Shown here: positions 46,228-47,771 of the stretch, in pieces | Position numbering within the stretch: the stretch's first letter is position 1 | How the letters are laid out: every line of letters begins with the position of its first letter | Assembly: GCA_030167865.1 (NCBI GenBank) | Contig: JALAGF010004960.1 | Location: 1 to 47,771 of the forward strand | Direction: 5' to 3' | DNA: 47,771 nt | Source of the DNA: Craspedostauros australis | Lineage: Eukaryota | Notes under the pieces: generated by a model | Database searches by the model: none | Told to the model about the DNA's origin: nothing | What the model saw: the letters and a program-made list of their open reading frames with translations, nothing else | Program-made: the position numbers and the translations under genes

Positions 46228-47771
46228 TTACAAATCCGGACTCCTGTAGTCGTTTACATATGAGGGCACGTTGCGACCCATAACTAGGTCAACGTGCCGA
46301 AAGAACAGGACCACGGGTGTCTGTTTTGTGCAGATATCAGATGCGTTCATCTCTGAGGAGACCTCTGGATACGCCAAGAGATCGCGCTCCACCCAGTCAA
46401 GGACCGCAAACTCGCGGATTGCGATATGTCGCGAGTTTCGGGTAGGCTGACTTGCTGTCGTCATCAGCCTTGCGCCGCGATTGTCCTCGAAGATGAGTGT
46501 GGCGAACTGTTGCTCCACGCCAATCTCGTGTAGAATCGACCGCAGCCATAGCGCCATTCGGCCGGCGTCACTGGCTGCAATAAATTCCGCCTCGGTGCTG
46601 CTCATGGACATGGTGGGCTGAACCCTGGTCTTCCATGCGATGGCACCTCCACCAAACATTTTCACCACGCCAGTAATGGACCGGCGGTGGCGAATATCCA
46701 CGCCCCAGTCGGCGTCGACAAAGCCATATAGTGTGGCAGCTCCAACAGGTCGTGTCTGGTTGGCATCATGCACCTCGGTGTCAGGCGGCGAAAGCGGCCT
46801 TGGGGCTGGAATGTCAGGTAGATCCGCCAACGGTCGGACTCGACAGTAGGTGATGCCGTAGCTGCGAGTGCCCGCCACGTACCGAATGAGATACTTCACA
46901 CCTTCGAAGTGTACCGCCGCAGGATTGGTGGAGAATTGAGAAAGCTTGACCACTGGAAACGCAATGTCCGGTCGGCAAGAAATCATTGCCCAGATAAGCT
47001 CCCCAATGGCCTGTCGATACTTGAACTTGAACGTTGCAGCGATACTCTCGCGTTCCGCATCCGTGGCCGGTACTTCGGCGTTGTCATGTGACTTGACGTG
47101 TGTGTTCTCCGACCGCATAGGGAGCCGCTGAGTCGCCTTCATGCCCTGCCATTCGTATCGCTCGAGCATTTTGTCGACGTAGGATGTGCAATGAACACGC
47201 ACATAATGTTGCGTTTGCGCAATGTCCAGACCATTGTAGTGCACCATCAGACCCTGACGAGTGATCGGTTGGAAGAGCCGCTTGTCCAGCATGTCGCAGA
47301 ACTTGTCGAAGACGGTCTTGTTGATCGCTGCCACAGCAAAGTCATCAACCTGTCGCAGCACAAACACCTTAGTACCATCAACGGACCCTGTGTAGAGGCA
47401 TGGAGCATGGGTCGTCGGTAGGAACCGCAAGTCCTTGAGGATGCCATTGATGTGCTTGCTCCATAGTCGCGGTGCCTCCGGATGGCCCTGCAAATTCTTG
47501 TTGACAGGGATGACGTGGCCTCGCGGTATGTCGGTGCCAAACTTGTGACGATACCAGGACGCGTACTGATCATCAACGTTCATGAAGTACCGTTGCTTGC
47601 CTGCTGGCGCCTCCGCAAAAGCATTGGTGACATCGGAGCCATACACCTTGAGTCCACGGACAGCAGCGACCGCCAAGAGGAGACGAAACTCAGTCAGATC
47701 CGGCGTCGCCGCGTATGTATGCCCAAAGACTCTTGCATGCCCGCCTCTGGTCGAACCATCGCACACCGCTC
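46228..47771 (-). CDS. Copia pol, reverse transcriptase + RNase H (5'-partial)
   Basis: DVTNAFAEA, KNLQGHPEAPRLW, LRQVDDFA, YRQAIGEL, RPDI, GFVDADW, SSTEAEF, EDN, RHI, SDICTK. No internal stops. Confidence 0.95.
   Translation of the reverse strand, partial: AVCDGSTRGGHARVFGHTYAATPDLTEFRLLLAVAAVRGLKVYGSDVTNAFAEAPAGKQRYFMNVDDQYASWYRHKFGTDIPRGHVIPVNKNLQGHPEAPRLWSKHINGILKDLRFLPTTHAPCLYTGSVDGTKVFVLRQVDDFAVAAINKTVFDKFCDMLDKRLFQPITRQGLMVHYNGLDIAQTQHYVRVHCTSYVDKMLERYEWQGMKATQRLPMRSENTHVKSHDNAEVPATDAERESIAATFKFKYRQAIGELIWAMISCRPDIAFPVVKLSQFSTNPAAVHFEGVKYLIRYVAGTRSYGITYCRVRPLADLPDIPAPRPLSPPDTEVHDANQTRPVGAATLYGFVDADWGVDIRHRRSITGVVKMFGGGAIAWKTRVQPTMSMSSTEAEFIAASDAGRMALWLRSILHEIGVEQQFATLIFEDNRGARLMTTASQPTRNSRHIAIREFAVLDWVERDLLAYPEVSSEMNASDICTKQTPVVLFFRHVDLVMGRNVPSYVNDYRSPDL

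Larger units (their letters stand above)
45890..47771 (-). mobile_element. 3' part of a Ty1/Copia LTR retrotransposon (CoDi-like); continues beyond the window
   Basis: Intact RT-RNase H frame, then a G11 polypurine tract (46205-46195) abutting TGTTGG. Confidence 0.92.

Overview
Gene-dense eukaryotic nuclear DNA, most consistent with a pennate diatom. The evidence is GT-AG introns, a DUF6824 gene, an N-terminally extended cycloartenol synthase, a diatom-type CDPK and a Copia element with the RQVDD RT motif. Recognisable genes, left to right: partial PsbP-like gene; type II membrane protein with a degenerate fucosyltransferase-like domain and an E/K block-repeat tail; choline transporter-like (CTL/Pns1); TFIIH p8 (TFB5); DUF6824 protein; succinate-semialdehyde dehydrogenase (3 exons); small Cys-rich membrane protein; RPS25 (2 exons); UTP18 (3 exons); cycloartenol synthase (3 exons); zf-4CXXC_R1-like zinc-finger protein; YacP/NYN nuclease-like protein; CDPK (3 exons); intron-containing BED-finger/hAT-derived gene; NAD-epimerase-like/DUF616 fusion. 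Mobile and relic DNA: 3' end of an intact Ty1/Copia element (RT-RNase H, PPT, 3' LTR), a decayed non-LTR retrotransposon fragment and a frameshifted ankyrin pseudogene. The strongest leads are an apparently domesticated, catalytically dead hAT transposase, two glycosylation pseudo-enzyme architectures, and TpA depletion in decayed repeats. All calls come from manual motif reading and hand-built splice models; no database searches were run.
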